The position numbers and the translations under genes were made by a program. The notes beneath the pieces are model-generated. The model saw only the letters and a list, made by a program, of their open reading frames with translations, was not told where the DNA came from and ran no database searches. 64,000 nucleotides of DNA from Eledone cirrhosa (Eukaryota): positions 256,742,001-256,806,000 of the forward strand of contig OZ024740.1 of assembly GCA_964016885.1 (NCBI GenBank). Direction: 5' to 3'. Of the stretch, positions 1-13,944 are shown piece by piece (within the stretch, counting starts at the first letter, position 1; each line of letters begins with the position of its first letter).

Positions 1-2360
1 ATATATAAACAATATACAGTATATACACACTATATACAGTATATATACACAATATACTGTATATATACACAATATACAGTATATATACACAATATACAGT
101 ATATACACACAATATACAGTATATACACACAATATACAGTATATACACACAATATACAGTATATACACACAATATACTGTATATATACACAATATACAGT
201 ATATATACACAATATACAGTATATACACACAATATACAGTATATACACACAATATACAGTATATATACACAATATACATTATATATACACAATATACAGT
301 ATATATACACAATATACAGTATATATAAACAATATACAGTATATACACACTATATACAGTATATATACACAATATACTGTATATATACACAATATACAGT
401 ATATATACACAATATACAGTATATACACACAATATACAGTATATACACACAATATACAGTATATACACACAATATACAGTATATACACACAATATACAGT
501 ATATATACACAATATACAGTATATATACACAATATACAGTATATACACGCAATATACAGTATATAGACACAATATACAGTATATACACACAATATACAGT
601 ATATACACTCAATATACAGTATATACACACAATATACAGTATATACACACAATATACAGTATATACACACAGTATACAGTATATACACACAATATACTGT
701 ATATACACACAATATACAGTATACACACACAATATACAGTATATACACACAATATACAGTATATACACACAATATACAGTATATATACACAATATACAGT
801 ATATATACACAATATACAGAATATACACGCAATATACAGTATATAGACACAATATACAGTATATACACACAATATACAGTATATACACTCAATATACAGT
901 ATATACACACAATATACAGTATAAACACAAAATATACTGTATATACACACAATATACTGTATATACACACAATATACAGTATATACACACAATATACAGT
1001 ATATACACACAATATACAGTATATACACACAATATACTGTATATCCACATAATATACAGTATATACACATAATATACAGTATATAGACACAATATACAGT
1101 ATATACACACAATATACAGTATATACACGCAATATACAGTATATACACACAATATACTGTATATATACACAATATACTGTATATACACACAATATACTGT
1201 ATATATACACAATATACAGTATATACACAATATACAGTATATACACACAATATACTGTATATATACACAATATACTGTATATACACACAATATACTGTAT
1301 ATATACACAATATACTGTATATCCACACAATATACTGTATATACACAATATACAGTATATATACACAATATACTGTATATATACACAATATACTGTATAT
1401 ATACACAATATACAGTATATACACACAATATACTGTATATATACACAATATACTGTATATATACACAATATACTGTATATCCACACAATATACAGTATAT
1501 ATACACAATATACTGTATATATACACAATATACTGTATATACACACAATATACTGTATATATACACAATATACTGTATATCCACACAATATACTGTATAT
1601 CCACACAATATACTGTATATACACACAATATACTGTATATATACACAATATACAGTATATACACAATATACTGTATATATACACAATATACTGTATATAC
1701 ACACAATATACTGTATATATACACAATATACAGTATATACACAATATACAGTATATACACACAATATACTGTATATATACACAATATACAGTATATACAC
1801 ACAATATACTGTATATATACACAATATACTGTATATACACACAATATACTGTATATATACACAATATACAGTATATATACACAATATACAGTATATCCAC
1901 ACAATATACTGTATATCCACACAATATACTGTATATACACACAATATACTGTATATACACACAATATACTGTATATACACAATATACAGTATATACACAC
2001 AATATACTGTATATATACACAATATACAGTATATACACAATATACAGTATATACACACAATATACTGTATATATACACAATATACAGTATATACACACAA
2101 TATACTGTATATATACACAATATACTGTATATACACACAATATACTGTATATATACACAATATACAGTATATATACACAATATACTGTATATATACACAA
2201 TATACTGTATATACACACAATATACTGTATATATACACAATATACTGTATATATACACAATATACTGTATATACACACAATATACTGTATATATACACAA
2301 TATACTGTATATACACACAATATACTGTATATATACACAATATACTGTATATCCACACAA
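1..2360. repeat. Tandem minisatellite/satellite, 20-bp unit AATATAC(A/T)GTATATA(C/T)ACAC, with occasional 18-bp units
   Basis: The unit is directly visible at 20-bp period from position 1 to about 2360. It explains all the Y/I/V/C-rich ORFs between 30 and 2568. Confidence 0.97.
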
Positions 2361-3086
2361 AGAGCAATATTTCTTGTCTAATATATCGATGGCTGTTTAC
2401 AGTTTTTACATAAATGTGGTTGTGTATGTATGTATGTATGTATGTGTGTGTGTGTGTTTGTGTATGTATGTATGTGTGTATACCTGTGTGTTTGTGTTCA
2501 TATGCGTATACATGTATGATTACATGAATATATGAAAACGTGTGTGTGTGTGTTATATTTGTTTGCATATATATATATATGTGTGTGTGTAAAAGTTTTA
2601 CAAAAATAAAAAAATAAAAACTGCACAGTACATGGAAGAATTATATTAGTTTAACGTTTGAATTAGCAGGAAGACACTCTTAACGAATGTGTACACGCGT
2701 ATGTTTATATATTTATATACACACCCTGCATACACATATTATTGTTGTCATCTTGTTTAATATGGCCTCTATATATAAATAATTATCCAGCACATAATCA
2801 CACAAATAACATAGTTTCTTAAATTTACACCCTTATACGAAACCATATACGCATGCACGTACTTTCTAACAACCGACATAGACGTATTTACGAAACATAC
2901 GGTGATATATACACATACCGACAAAATAGATGAATATATAGACGCACATACAGACGCACACATATATATACGTATCAGAAACATGTCAATACATGCCCAA
3001 ACGATCAAAATATTTCCTGATATACACACACACGTTGAAAATAAATGCTCTCATATATATATATACACTCACGCGTACAAAATACA

Positions 3087-3306
<220 letters not shown>

Positions 3307-3681
3307 TCCTACTTTAACAGATATGTGGATGTAAAGGTATTGTTTTTTTATAATATTGTGCGACAGGAATTCCTGGCAGAGGTGCGAAATATTGCTGTTT
3401 TCACATTGGCAAGACTCTTTAAAGACTGTTTCATGGCATTGTTGTGAAATTCCACAGAAATTAAAGGTTGTGTGCCAAAATAAAATAGTTTTAATACGAA
3501 TTAAGCATTATAACGTCACAGCTGAATAATCTCAGAGCAGTGTTGTATATAATGATGTTATTATTATTATTATTATTATTGTTGTTGTTGTTGTTCTTCT
3601 TCTTCTTCTTCTTCTTCTTAATATTATTATTATTTATTTATAATAATAATAAAATGAGGTTCCACCCGACATTAATGTATG

Positions 3682-3725
<44 letters not shown>

Positions 3726-4151
3726 TGTATGTATATATAAATATGTATATGAGTATATTGGTTTATATTTGTGGGTGTTGGGGAAAATTATGTAGGATTG
3801 TATTTGTATGTGTATGTATGGGTATATACATTCTTACGTGGGTTATCGTCGTGTGTATGTTTGAATATAAATGGATATATGTATGTGAGTATATAAGTGC
3901 ATGTCGGTTTGTACAAGTGTATAATGGTACTACATGTACAGAGATATGGGTTATTTGTGACCATGTGTACCTAGTAAAACAAACTGGTACATATACGCTG
4001 TTAATATTAACCTCTAGATAATTTAAGCCAATACTTGCTTCCATACAGTTTTATAACATTAACACATATAATACTGAGGTTAAATGCGATTGTAATTTCA
4101 GTGAATAAATAAACTGTATTCGTACGAACTACAATCATATAGTATATTAAT

Positions 4152-4278
4152 TATTTCTACGTTAGGCACAAGGCCAGCAATTACCCAGTGCATTACTGGT
4201 ACTTTATTTTATCGACCCCGTAAGGATGAAAGGCAAAGTTAACCTCGGTGGGATTTGGACTCAGAATGGCAAGGGATA
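4152..4278 (-). mobile_element. tRNA-derived SINE family A, 5'-truncated copy
   Basis: Reverse complement of the 3' part of the 9349-9533 SINE (GGCACAAGGCCAGCAATTACCCAGTGCATTACTGGTAC...ATCGACCCCGTAAGGATGAAAGGCAAAG). Confidence 0.85.
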
Positions 4279-5325
4279 TAGTATATTAATGTCAGAACAC
4301 GAGTGCTGAAAATACCTGATTGAATAACTATTGAGAACAGTACCTTTAAATAATTCCTGCATTTCCAACCTACCATAACATTAGAGAAAAACCTTTGTTT
4401 ACATTTCGTCGGTTTAACCAAGATCATGCGCGCGCACATTGGTCGGTAAATAAATACCATTCATATATTGTATATAACTGATTCTCATGATTCCTCTACC
4501 AAGGTATAGAAAATGATATTCTTTAAATATCGGAATACCTTACTGTTATATTATCACCTGATAGTATTTAGCTTACACACAAAGATCCCCCCCCTCGTCA
4601 CACACACACACACATATATATATGAATACATTGTCTGTGTATGTTTGTCTATACGTGAACACAATTATATAAGAAAGCTAAATATATAGAGAAACGCTAA
4701 GGTGTGTGTCTGTGTAGATAGCAAAGCTTGATAAATAGATAGATGTACAGATAGACAGACGGATCGATGGATAATGAGATCGAAATCTAGATAGATTGAT
4801 AAATAATCTTTCGAATCAGTTTCTATTTCATTAAATGAAATAAGACTCTTCTCCTTTAGCAGTGATTCTTAATTTCAACGTTGAAATCTGCCATAAATTT
4901 CCATTTCTTCTGCTTAATTCTTCAACTTTTAATCATTCCTTCAGCTTCTCGTTTCGTTCCCTTGGGCATATTCTGCAGTTTTTGCTATATCCGTTTCTTT
5001 ATTAGACTCTTTAAAATATTATTCCACATTATAATTACAAAATCATCATCATCAACATCAACATTGTCACCAGCAATAACGTATATATGTATATATATGT
5101 AAATATGTGTGTGTATATATATATGTATGAATATATGTGTGTGTGTATGTGTATATATATATATGTGTGTGCATGTGCGCGTATATATATATATGTCTGT
5201 ATGTATATATATGTATATATATGTATGCATATATATATATATCCCTCTCTCTATATATATGTATATATATATATATGTATATATATGTATGCATATATAT
5301 ATATATCCCTCTCTCTATATATATG

Positions 5326-5356
<31 letters not shown>

Positions 5357-5364
5357 ATGCATTT

Positions 5365-5875
5365 ATGTAACCCAGTACAACCTGTCGCATGATCGGGTCG
5401 TCAGCGACTAAACCGGTAAACACACCAAGTTTACTTGGTGAGGAGGGTGCTTTTGGACACCCTGCAGGAGAAAACAAAAACCTGACAAAGGGCGGAAGAA
5501 CTCATAAGAATCAAAGTCTATCCAAAAATGTGTAAATATGTATATACACATGTACATATGTATGTATATGTATATGCATGTGTGCATGTGTATGTATATG
5601 CGCGGGGATATAGAAATAAGCGGGCTGGATACTCGATCCAGCGGTTGAACCACTGGGAGTGAAGGACCCTAACCATTATCAGGGCATTCTTCTAGGAGAA
5701 GGCAACTTAGGGAACTGGGATAACTCCGACATAAAACCTGCGGTTCAGTAGTTACTGATGATGTTGATCATTTCTTCTTTTTGGAGCTATAGCTACTGTT
5801 GCTCAGAGAGTCGGGTTGGCTCAGTGCACAGTCTTTCTTCACTTTAAAAAAAATCTTCACGCACAAGTATTTCAC
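5365..5875 (+). mobile_element. Dispersed repeat family B (probable non-autonomous RTE-related retroposon), diverged copy interrupted by a microsatellite
   Basis: Shares ACAACC...GCGACTAAAC...CTTGGTGAGGAGGGTG...TTTGGACA and TCTAGGAGAAGG with copies at 11460, 19880 and 46320. Confidence 0.7.
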
Positions 5876-5891
5876 GATAGAATTAATTAAT

Positions 5892-6075
5892 TGTTTCTAT
5901 TTTTGGCACAAGGCCAGCAATTATCCAGTACATTACTGGTACTTTATTTTATCGACCCCGTAAGGATGAAAGGCAAAGTTAACCTCGGCGGGATTTGAAC
6001 TCAGATCATAAAGGGACGTAACTCTATGCTTCAAAGCATGGCGTCCGACTCTCTACCGATACTACCAATCCACCT
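5892..6075 (-). mobile_element. tRNA-derived SINE family A, near full length
   Basis: Reverse complement of the 9349-9533 SINE, including its B-box (GGATTTGAACTC on the + strand). Confidence 0.9.
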
Positions 6076-6223
6076 AATTAATAATTATTAATAATGGTAG
6101 ATCGTGCAATAGCTATACTCGATAACGAGGGGGCGGCCATCATATACATTCATATAAGGGCGGTGCCTCAGCATGACCTCAGCCGATGGTTGGAATAGGT
6201 AAAAGAGTAAAAGAATATGCATG

Positions 6224-6336
<113 letters not shown>

Positions 6337-6397
6337 GCATGTATATATATGCGTGTATATATATGTATTTCTATATATATGCATGTATATATAGATG

Positions 6398-6456
<59 letters not shown>

Positions 6457-6639
6457 GTATAAATATATATATATAACCTCTATTCTTTTAAATATATATA
6501 TATATGTATGCGTGTATATATATATGTATTTATATATATGTATGTATGTATATATACATATGCATGTATATGTATGTGTCAAAACTGCAAAAATGTAGAA
6601 ATGCGAGATGCTCTTCAAATTGCACTTGACACCGTCGTA

Positions 6640-8600
6640 TATGATGGAACTTGAGAATTGTTTAACACACACATATATATATATATATATGCACACAATA
6701 GTTTAACACAAGTTTGCAGTGTTGGGGCTGGTGTAATTGGTCTCAAGGAGACAAAAGAAAGAATGGTTCGATGACAATGATGCTCATTGAAGAACAAGCT
6801 GTATCACAAGTTCATTGTTGCAGAGGGTCCACTTATGAGAAAGCCTTCAAAGAAGCAAATTCAAAACTGCAAAGTAAAACACGAAAGATAAAGTGTACCT
6901 GGTGGTCTGAAGTTTCAGCAGAGATACAGAGGGCTTATAAGAGACCTGAAGGCACTATACAGCACAATAAGGCAAGTGTTTGATCCACAACCCTCAAAAA
7001 TGGCACCATTAAAGTCAAAAGATAGGAACGTACTCATCTATGATCCAGCAGGTATCATGAGTCGGTGGACTGAACACTTTAAAGATATGTTTGACAACCC
7101 ATCTGTAGTTGATGAGGAAATGATTAATGGACTGCGACAAAGGGAGTCTGTAATAGACACTATGAATGATTCAACCATTGATGAGATAAAGTCTATTATC
7201 AAAGAGATAATCTTAGGGAAATCTCCAGGTCTGGATGGAATACCTGTTGAGCTGATTCACTTTGGGGGAGATAATGCTGCTATAGCCATGGGCTAGTATT
7301 ATCTGCATGGTATGGAGAGCCTGTTCCGCATGGCTAGATAAATGCAATTTTGCACTCGATTTACAAGAGCAAGGGTTCCATGTCGGAATTCGGTGATTAT
7401 CGTGGTATAAGTGCTCGAATCACTAGGAAAAGTCTTACCCAAGGTCTTGATAAATCGCCCAATAAAATAGATCTGGCTTGGTGCCATCCATGAGGTCCAG
7501 TGTGGATTCAGAGTTGGGCGGGATGCTATGGAGATGGAGAAGAGTGTCGAGCAAAAGGTGCAACTTTACCACGTATTTGTGCACCTTACCAAAGCTTTTG
7601 ATTCTGTTAATCGTGCATTTTAGGTCATATTGGGGAAACTTGGATGCCCTCATGAGTTTGTTGGAATATTCAGTAAATTCCACCAAAATATGAAGGCAAA
7701 ATTGATCTTGAATGGGACACTTTCACAGCCAATTTCAGTGGGAAAAGGTATCAAACACGGCGACATACCTGCACCCACTCTATTTTCCATCTACTTTGCT
7801 CTGCATCTGACATATGACTTCCAGAACTTCGATGTATATTTTCGAATTAAAACCTCTGGTAAACTTTTAATCTAAGACGGTTTAACACCAAGTCCAAAAT
7901 ATTTGCCTCTCTTGTTAGAGGCTTTCCGAATGCTGATGATGCAGATTTTGTGGCTCACACAGTAGAGGACATGCACTTCATATTGGACACCTTTTCCAAT
8001 GCATGTACTGTGTTTGGGCTAAATATTAGTCTAAAAAACACAAAGGTCATGTGCACTCGACCAGTTGGGAAAGTGTATGTGGAGCCAGACGTTTTTGTGA
8101 GAGGAAAAGGATTTGACATAGTGGACAGCTTTGTGTATCTCGGAAGTACGCTTAGTAGATATTGTAACCTCGATGCTGAAATAGAGCACAGGATTGGGAA
8201 TGGAAGTCTTGCCTTCGGGAAGCATGGGAAGCGAGTCTGGTCAAATCGGTGTATCACGAGAAACATAAGGCCCTCTGTGAATGAGACCTATGTTCTTACA
8301 GCCCAGCTATATGGATGGGAAATGGACAACTTACCGGCATTATATCAAGTATATCATCAGCATTGTGTGCGATGCATCCTGAACGTTAAGTGGTCCTCTT
8401 ACACACCTGATGCAGCGGTACTTGAGAAATTGTGGTGTACCAGTATTGAGAGTACGATTATTATGAACAAGAGGGAAACAAACTACAGCATAAACCAAAG
8501 AAGAGGTTTAAGGATGTCATAAAAGAAAATGTATCTTAAAGCTCTGACGATTGCTATGGAGAACTGGGTGAGACTGGCTGAAGGCACTTATAATCACATA
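6640..8600 (+). mobile_element. Decayed RTE-clade LINE (reverse transcriptase pseudogene)
   Basis: Frameshifted ORFs carry RTE-type motifs: IMSRWTEHF, KSPGLDGIPVEL, GIKHGDIPAPTLFSIYF (QG-box relic), ADDADFVAH (YADD relic), FVYLGSTLS and AEIEHRIG. Confidence 0.9.
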
Positions 8601-8782
8601 CGCATTATCGGCTTTCCAAATAATCCAACATCTAGTTAAATGTGTATTTCTTATTCCACAGTGCTACACGGAAACTACATCACTTTGTTATATATATATG
8701 TATACACACAGGGCCGCGTGCATGCACACACACACACACACACACACACAAACATATATATATATATATATATATAATATAT

Positions 8783-8955
8783 ATAGGAACAAGTAAGACC
8801 CCGACGGCTGAGCTCAAGCCGTTTCGACGGCTAATTCTGGACATCGAAACGGCTTGAGCTCAGCCATCGGGGTCTTACTTGTTCCTATTACCCACTCTAC
8901 TACCCTAAGTATTGAGTACTTTGGTGCGTTATGGTCCACCTGGTTCCTTACCACA
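8783..8955. mobile_element. Fold-back element: 45-bp inverted arms (8783-8827 and 8844-8888), 16-nt loop and a 3' tail; probable PLE terminal-repeat relic
   Basis: The arms pair with one mismatch and each carries GAAAC-GGCT-TGAGCTC-AGCC-RTC, the stem-III half of a hammerhead. The tail AAGTATTGAGTAC...TTATGGTCCACC is shared with 34860 and partly with 20950. Flanked by (TA)n. Confidence 0.7.
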
Positions 8956-9348
8956 TCTCCTTCGTTATATATATATATATGCGAATTGGAAGAGTCGTGA
9001 AAACGCCGGATAGAATACTTCATGGTATTCGTTCTGGTTCTCTACTCTCTGTCAACTTTACCTTTCATCCATTCGAGGTCGATAAAAAAGTATCAATCTA
9101 TTACTGGGATGGATTCTTCCACTATATATATTTCTCGTTTCCTCTCTAGCACTATCTATCTTTCTCTTGGAAGAAATCTGCTGTATCCTGACCTGGAGAT
9201 GGATGGGCCCCGCCTCGCTTTAAAATACCCTAGAAACGCGGTATCGGGAGTTACGGGACCATACGTACAAATAGAATTTCGACCAATTGAAACGACTTTC
9301 CTTCCGTAGAAATCATTACTATCTGAACTATATTATGTAACTATTCAA

Positions 9349-9533
9349 GGGCGGTGGATTGGCAGTATCGGTAGAGGGTCGGACGCCAAGCTTTCCAGCA
9401 TAGTTACTTCCCTTTACGATCTGAGTTCAAATCCCGCCGAGGTTGACTTCACCTTTCATCCTTACGGGGTCGATAAAATAAAGTACCAGTAATGCACTGG
9501 GTAATTGCTGGCCTTGTGCCTAAAGTAGAAACA
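9349..9533 (+). mobile_element. tRNA-derived SINE family A, full length with 17-bp target-site duplication (TSD)
   Basis: A-box-like TGGCAGTATCGG, B-box GAGTTCAAATCC and central CCTTTCATCCTTACGGGGTCGATAAAATAAAGTACCAG (resembles the Deu/Nin-type conserved SINE domain). TSD ATTATGTAACTATTCAA lies at 9332-9348 and 9534-9550. Confidence 0.92.
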
Positions 9534-9588
9534 ATTATGTAACTATTCAATATATTGAGTACGTTATGTAACTGATATCTCTTTCATT

Positions 9589-9635
<47 letters not shown>

Positions 9636-9779
9636 TCATATATATATATACATTACTCTTTACCTGTTTCATCCATCCGCCTGAGACCATGTTGGGGCAC
9701 CACCCTTATTGATTCACTTTCTATACCAAGCCTGCGTTGGAGATCCATTGATATAGGAGAGAATTCGTTGTTGCTGCCC

Positions 9780-10516
9780 TTAGGTTACCATTATTCAGTG
9801 CTGCGGGTTCATTTGGGATCTTGGATAGCGGAGTGTCAAAATGCTTCTTGAAAAACCTCTAGTCCACACCATTTTGTTCCCTCAAGTGTCTTGGCAGCTT
9901 ATGAAAGAGGTGGGTACCTTTGAACCTTAGGCTATTGCAATATATACTCCTTACTTTAGTTTTGTCAGCCTCTCCTAGTAGCCCATCTTCATTGTTGCAA
10001 CTCTCTTGCATGGGTTGTTTCAAATTCCATGAATAGTTTGAAACTATGGGGTCATCACGGCTGGAAGCAATAGTCTAGTCGGCTTAGGACAAATGTCCTT
10101 CATAGTACCAACATGGTTTCTCGGTCTCTTGTCTTGAAAGCCCCCAAGATCCAGCCAGCGAGTTGTCTGCACATTGTTGCCATTTTTATGATGAGTGAAT
10201 TAAATGATGCATCTACGCTCATGTCTATATATAGCTCTCGTATCGATTTTGACACGGGGATTTCGATCCCTTCTTGTCCTTGTGTTTGCAGACTGATATC
10301 GTAGGGCTTGAATATTTCCAGCATTAAATTGCACGTTGTTGTCCTCAGGCCATTTACATAGGCATCCACATCTTATTGTAAAAGAGTAGGGTTAGCCGGG
10401 TTCTTGGGTGCCAGTGTTACATTTGTGTCATCAGAATAGCTAATGAGGGGTGTAGGTATATGTACTAAAGAGGGCATGTCTGAAAGAGTCACCCAAAACA
10501 GTACTGGTCCCAATAC
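9780..10516 (-). mobile_element. Decayed CR1/L2-group LINE, RT 3' part
   Basis: The minus strand reads [21 protein letters not shown] (YADD relic), LAGWILGAFKTRDRETML and SLRFKGTHLFHKLPRHLR. Confidence 0.75.
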
Positions 10517-10542
10517 ACACACACACACACACACACACACAG

Positions 10543-10594
<52 letters not shown>

Positions 10595-10613
10595 ATAATT
10601 CTATCAAATATAT

Positions 10614-10698
<85 letters not shown>

Positions 10699-10701
10699 TG
10701 A

Positions 10702-10750
10702 GATTCTACAGGACTAGAACTGTTTCATTCTTTAGAAATCATCAGGAATG
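10702..10750 (-). ncRNA. Type-I hammerhead ribozyme motif (inverted partner of 10757-10805)
   Basis: The reverse complement reads ATTC-CTGATGA-TTTCTAAAGAAT-GAAA-CAG-TTCTAGTC-CTG-TA-GAAT. Confidence 0.7.
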
Positions 10751-10756
10751 ATTCCT

Positions 10757-10805
10757 GATTCCTGATGATTTCTAAAGAATGAAACAGTTCTAGTCCTGTA
10801 GAATC
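10757..10805 (+). ncRNA. Type-I hammerhead ribozyme motif
   Basis: GATTC (stem I) - CTGATGA (10762-68) - T.TTC-TAAA-GAA.T (stem II) - GAAA (10781-84) - CAG-ttctagtc-CTG (stem III) - TA^ - GAATC (stem I). The core matches CUGANGA/GAAA/NUH; the stem-II closing pair is non-canonical (U.U). Confidence 0.75.
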
Positions 10806-10891
10806 TCATCTATATTAAAACTTTTATACTCTGCAATGTATCGAGTACCTTACTTACTGTGGTTACCTCCGACTCAACCCGGAATAACGTA

Positions 10892-10950
<59 letters not shown>

Positions 10951-11459
10951 CTATCATATGAAACACTTGATTTCTTTAGTCTCAGTTAGGCTCATTATAA
11001 ACAGGTCTGCCAATAGTCAATTCTGTTAGAACTTATAATATAATATATAAGCAAGGCCAGCAGTATATAAATATATATATATATATCAACATATAAGTAT
11101 TCTAGCTCTTCTTCATTGTCTCAACCTAAACGTTACTAAACACCCCTAGCATTGATAAAGAAAATGTTATCTTACTTAGTAACCTATTAGACTTGGATCT
11201 CTCCCTATTCTCCAACTAAACGTTATCTTATATCTGTTAACATGCAAGATATGTAACCCTCCATCGTTGTCACAAATGAAAAGCCTGGACAGCAGTTCAA
11301 ATTAATTTACCATAACTTACTATATTCATCGTCTGTAACCTAATCAAATACTGAAAAACATTTATCTTTTTACTTAATATATTCACATGCCTAAGTACGC
11401 ATAAAATATATTTCTTTGTCGTTCGCTTCTTTCTCTGTATGCATGTATGTATGTGTGTG

Positions 11460-12017
11460 TGTACAACCCGTCCCATGGTCGTGTCGTTGGCGACTAAACT
11501 GGCAACCCTACCAAGGTTTCTTGGTGAGGAGGGTGACTTTGGACATCCTGCAGGACTAAAAACAAAACCTGTACAGGGCAAAGGAGCTCTTAAGAGTCAA
11601 TGGCCATCCAAAATCACCGGGAGAGATGATCCCTTAGCCTTTGTCAAGGCAGAATTCTAGGAGAAGGAAAACTTTGATATAACACCTGCAACCCTGATGG
11701 TATCCAATGATGTTGACTTGCACTTCTTTTTGGTAAATATCATCTTGGTTAAGAGAGTGGGACTGGCTTTGTGCAGTGCCTTTGCTCACTATAAAAGCTT
11801 CACGGCACAGGCATTGCTTTATATCTGGAGATCTCACTGCACTTGTCGTCACATGGTACCATGGGCCCAGCACTATGTGTCAATAATTGTCACAAGTGTA
11901 GTGTTTGTACCAGAGTTTTCAAGTCGCTGGCTGGACTAAAATGTCACACTCGTTAAGGGTTCTCCTACATGGATATAAAGTAGTGGCCGTACTCGAAAAC
12001 GAGTTGGCAGCCACCAT
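11460..12017 (+). mobile_element. Dispersed repeat family B, about 560 bp (probable non-autonomous RTE-related retroposon)
   Basis: A near-identical inverted copy lies at 46320-46890. It contains TCTAGGAGAAGGAAAACT, a motif I recall from RTE 5' regions, and has no credible ORF. Confidence 0.75.
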
Positions 12018-12034
12018 GTGTGTATATACATACA

Positions 12035-12088
<54 letters not shown>

Positions 12089-12259
12089 TATATATATACA
12101 CATATATATATATATATGCACATATATATGTAATATATGTATTTACACACACAGATATATATATATATATGTATATATATTTATATATATAATATATTTA
12201 TATAAATATATATGGATATAAATGTATATATATATGTATATATATATATATATATATTT

Positions 12260-12286
12260 ATGTCTATATATGCATATGTCTATATA

Positions 12287-12378
<92 letters not shown>

Positions 12379-12650
12379 TATGCATATGTCTATATATGTA
12401 TATATATATATATACATATATATGCATATGTCTATATATGTATATATATATATATACATATATATGCATATGTCTATATATGTATATATATATATATACA
12501 TATATATGCATATGTCTATATATGTATATATATATATACATATATATGCATATGTCTATATATGTATATATATATATATATGTCTATATATGCACATATA
12601 TATATATATGTCTATATATGCACATATATATATACACATATATATATGTG
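12260..12650. repeat. About 42-bp AT-rich minisatellite (TATATACATATATATGCATATGTCTATATATG(TA)n)
   Basis: The GCATATGTC marker recurs, matching the 14-aa period of ORF 12212..12730. Confidence 0.85.
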
Positions 12651-13183
12651 TGTGTATATATATCTATATATGTGCATATATAGACATAATGCAGTCGCTT
12701 ATGCGTATGTGTGTGTATTTGTATGTATAATTCTGGAGTAAAATTTACTAATAATAAAAATACAATGTTATTAGTTCGTAGTGTAACTTTTCACATAAGC
12801 TTATATATATACATATATGTATGTGCGTGTGTGTGTGTGTGTGTATGCGTGTCTGTGTGTGTGTGTGTATATATATATATACACACACATACATATATAG
12901 ATATCCATACACATGCATACATAGTAATATACATACTGCATTAGTTTTGTGGTGTATAGTGAGGGCGGGAGAGAGAGGGTGGGTTTCGGGTGGTATGTAC
13001 TTGTAGTATATTGAAGAGGTTCTACAAAGCAAGATCCCTAATTCTTCCATGTTACTTATTCAGATGACTGTTGGCAGAATATATCTCTAGCGGAAATATC
13101 AAGCAAATATTATGGAGAGGCCCGTCTTGAGAGCGGTTAGTATGTTTCATCTGCCTTACACTGCCACCAAACACACACACACA

Positions 13184-13233
<50 letters not shown>

Positions 13234-13484
13234 CCTTTCAACCGCACACTTAACTACAACTTCCTTACATTTGTACACGTATATTTATGGATATATATAT
13301 ACAAAATATATAATACATACACACACACACATATATATATGTATGTGTGTCTCTGTGTGTGGGTGTGTGTGTGTGTTACAATGTTATTATTCCATTACAA
13401 TACCGTTTATGTTACTGAAAACAATGTGTTCTTAAAATTGAAATGTTTGTTTTATTTTAAACCGTGTTATTTCCTGATATCTAA

Positions 13485-13665
13485 GGTGGATTGGCAGTAT
13501 CGGTAGAGGGTCGGACGCCATGCTTTCCAGCATAGTTACGTCCCTTTACGATCTGAGTTCAAATCCCGCCGAGGTTGACTTTGCCTTTCATCCTTACGGG
13601 GTCGATAAAATAAAGTACCAGTAATGAACTGGGTATTTGCTGGCTCTGTGCCTAAAGTAGAAACA
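13485..13665 (+). mobile_element. tRNA-derived SINE family A with 19-bp TSD
   Basis: Same sequence family as 9349-9533. TSD GTTATTTCCTGATATCTAA lies at 13466-13484 and 13666-13684. Confidence 0.92.
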
Positions 13666-13818
13666 GTTATTTCCTGATATCTAATTTAACGTGAATTCAG
13701 AATAATCAACGGTGAGTCTTATATATTCTTCAGATAATTACGGATATTGCGCTCTCCATCCAATACAAGAATATTGACCTTATTCCCTGAAACTTGCTAA
13801 CTCTAAGTGTCATCGGTG

Positions 13819-13884
<66 letters not shown>

Positions 13885-13890
13885 TTATAA

Positions 13891-13943
<53 letters not shown>

Positions 13944-13944
<1 letters not shown>

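Noticed and set aside
1-2360. CRISPR-like regular repeat array
   Set aside because: There are no unique spacers and no cas genes, and the context is eukaryotic. It is a tandem satellite.
30-2568. Long ORFs of 559-668 aa rich in Y/I/V/C
   Set aside because: They are translations of the 20-bp satellite, open in several frames only because the repeat lacks stop codons on that strand.
11634-11939. Overlapping 79-80 aa ORFs repeated at 46410-46715
   Set aside because: Their conservation reflects the young dispersed repeat, and I recognise no protein motif in them.
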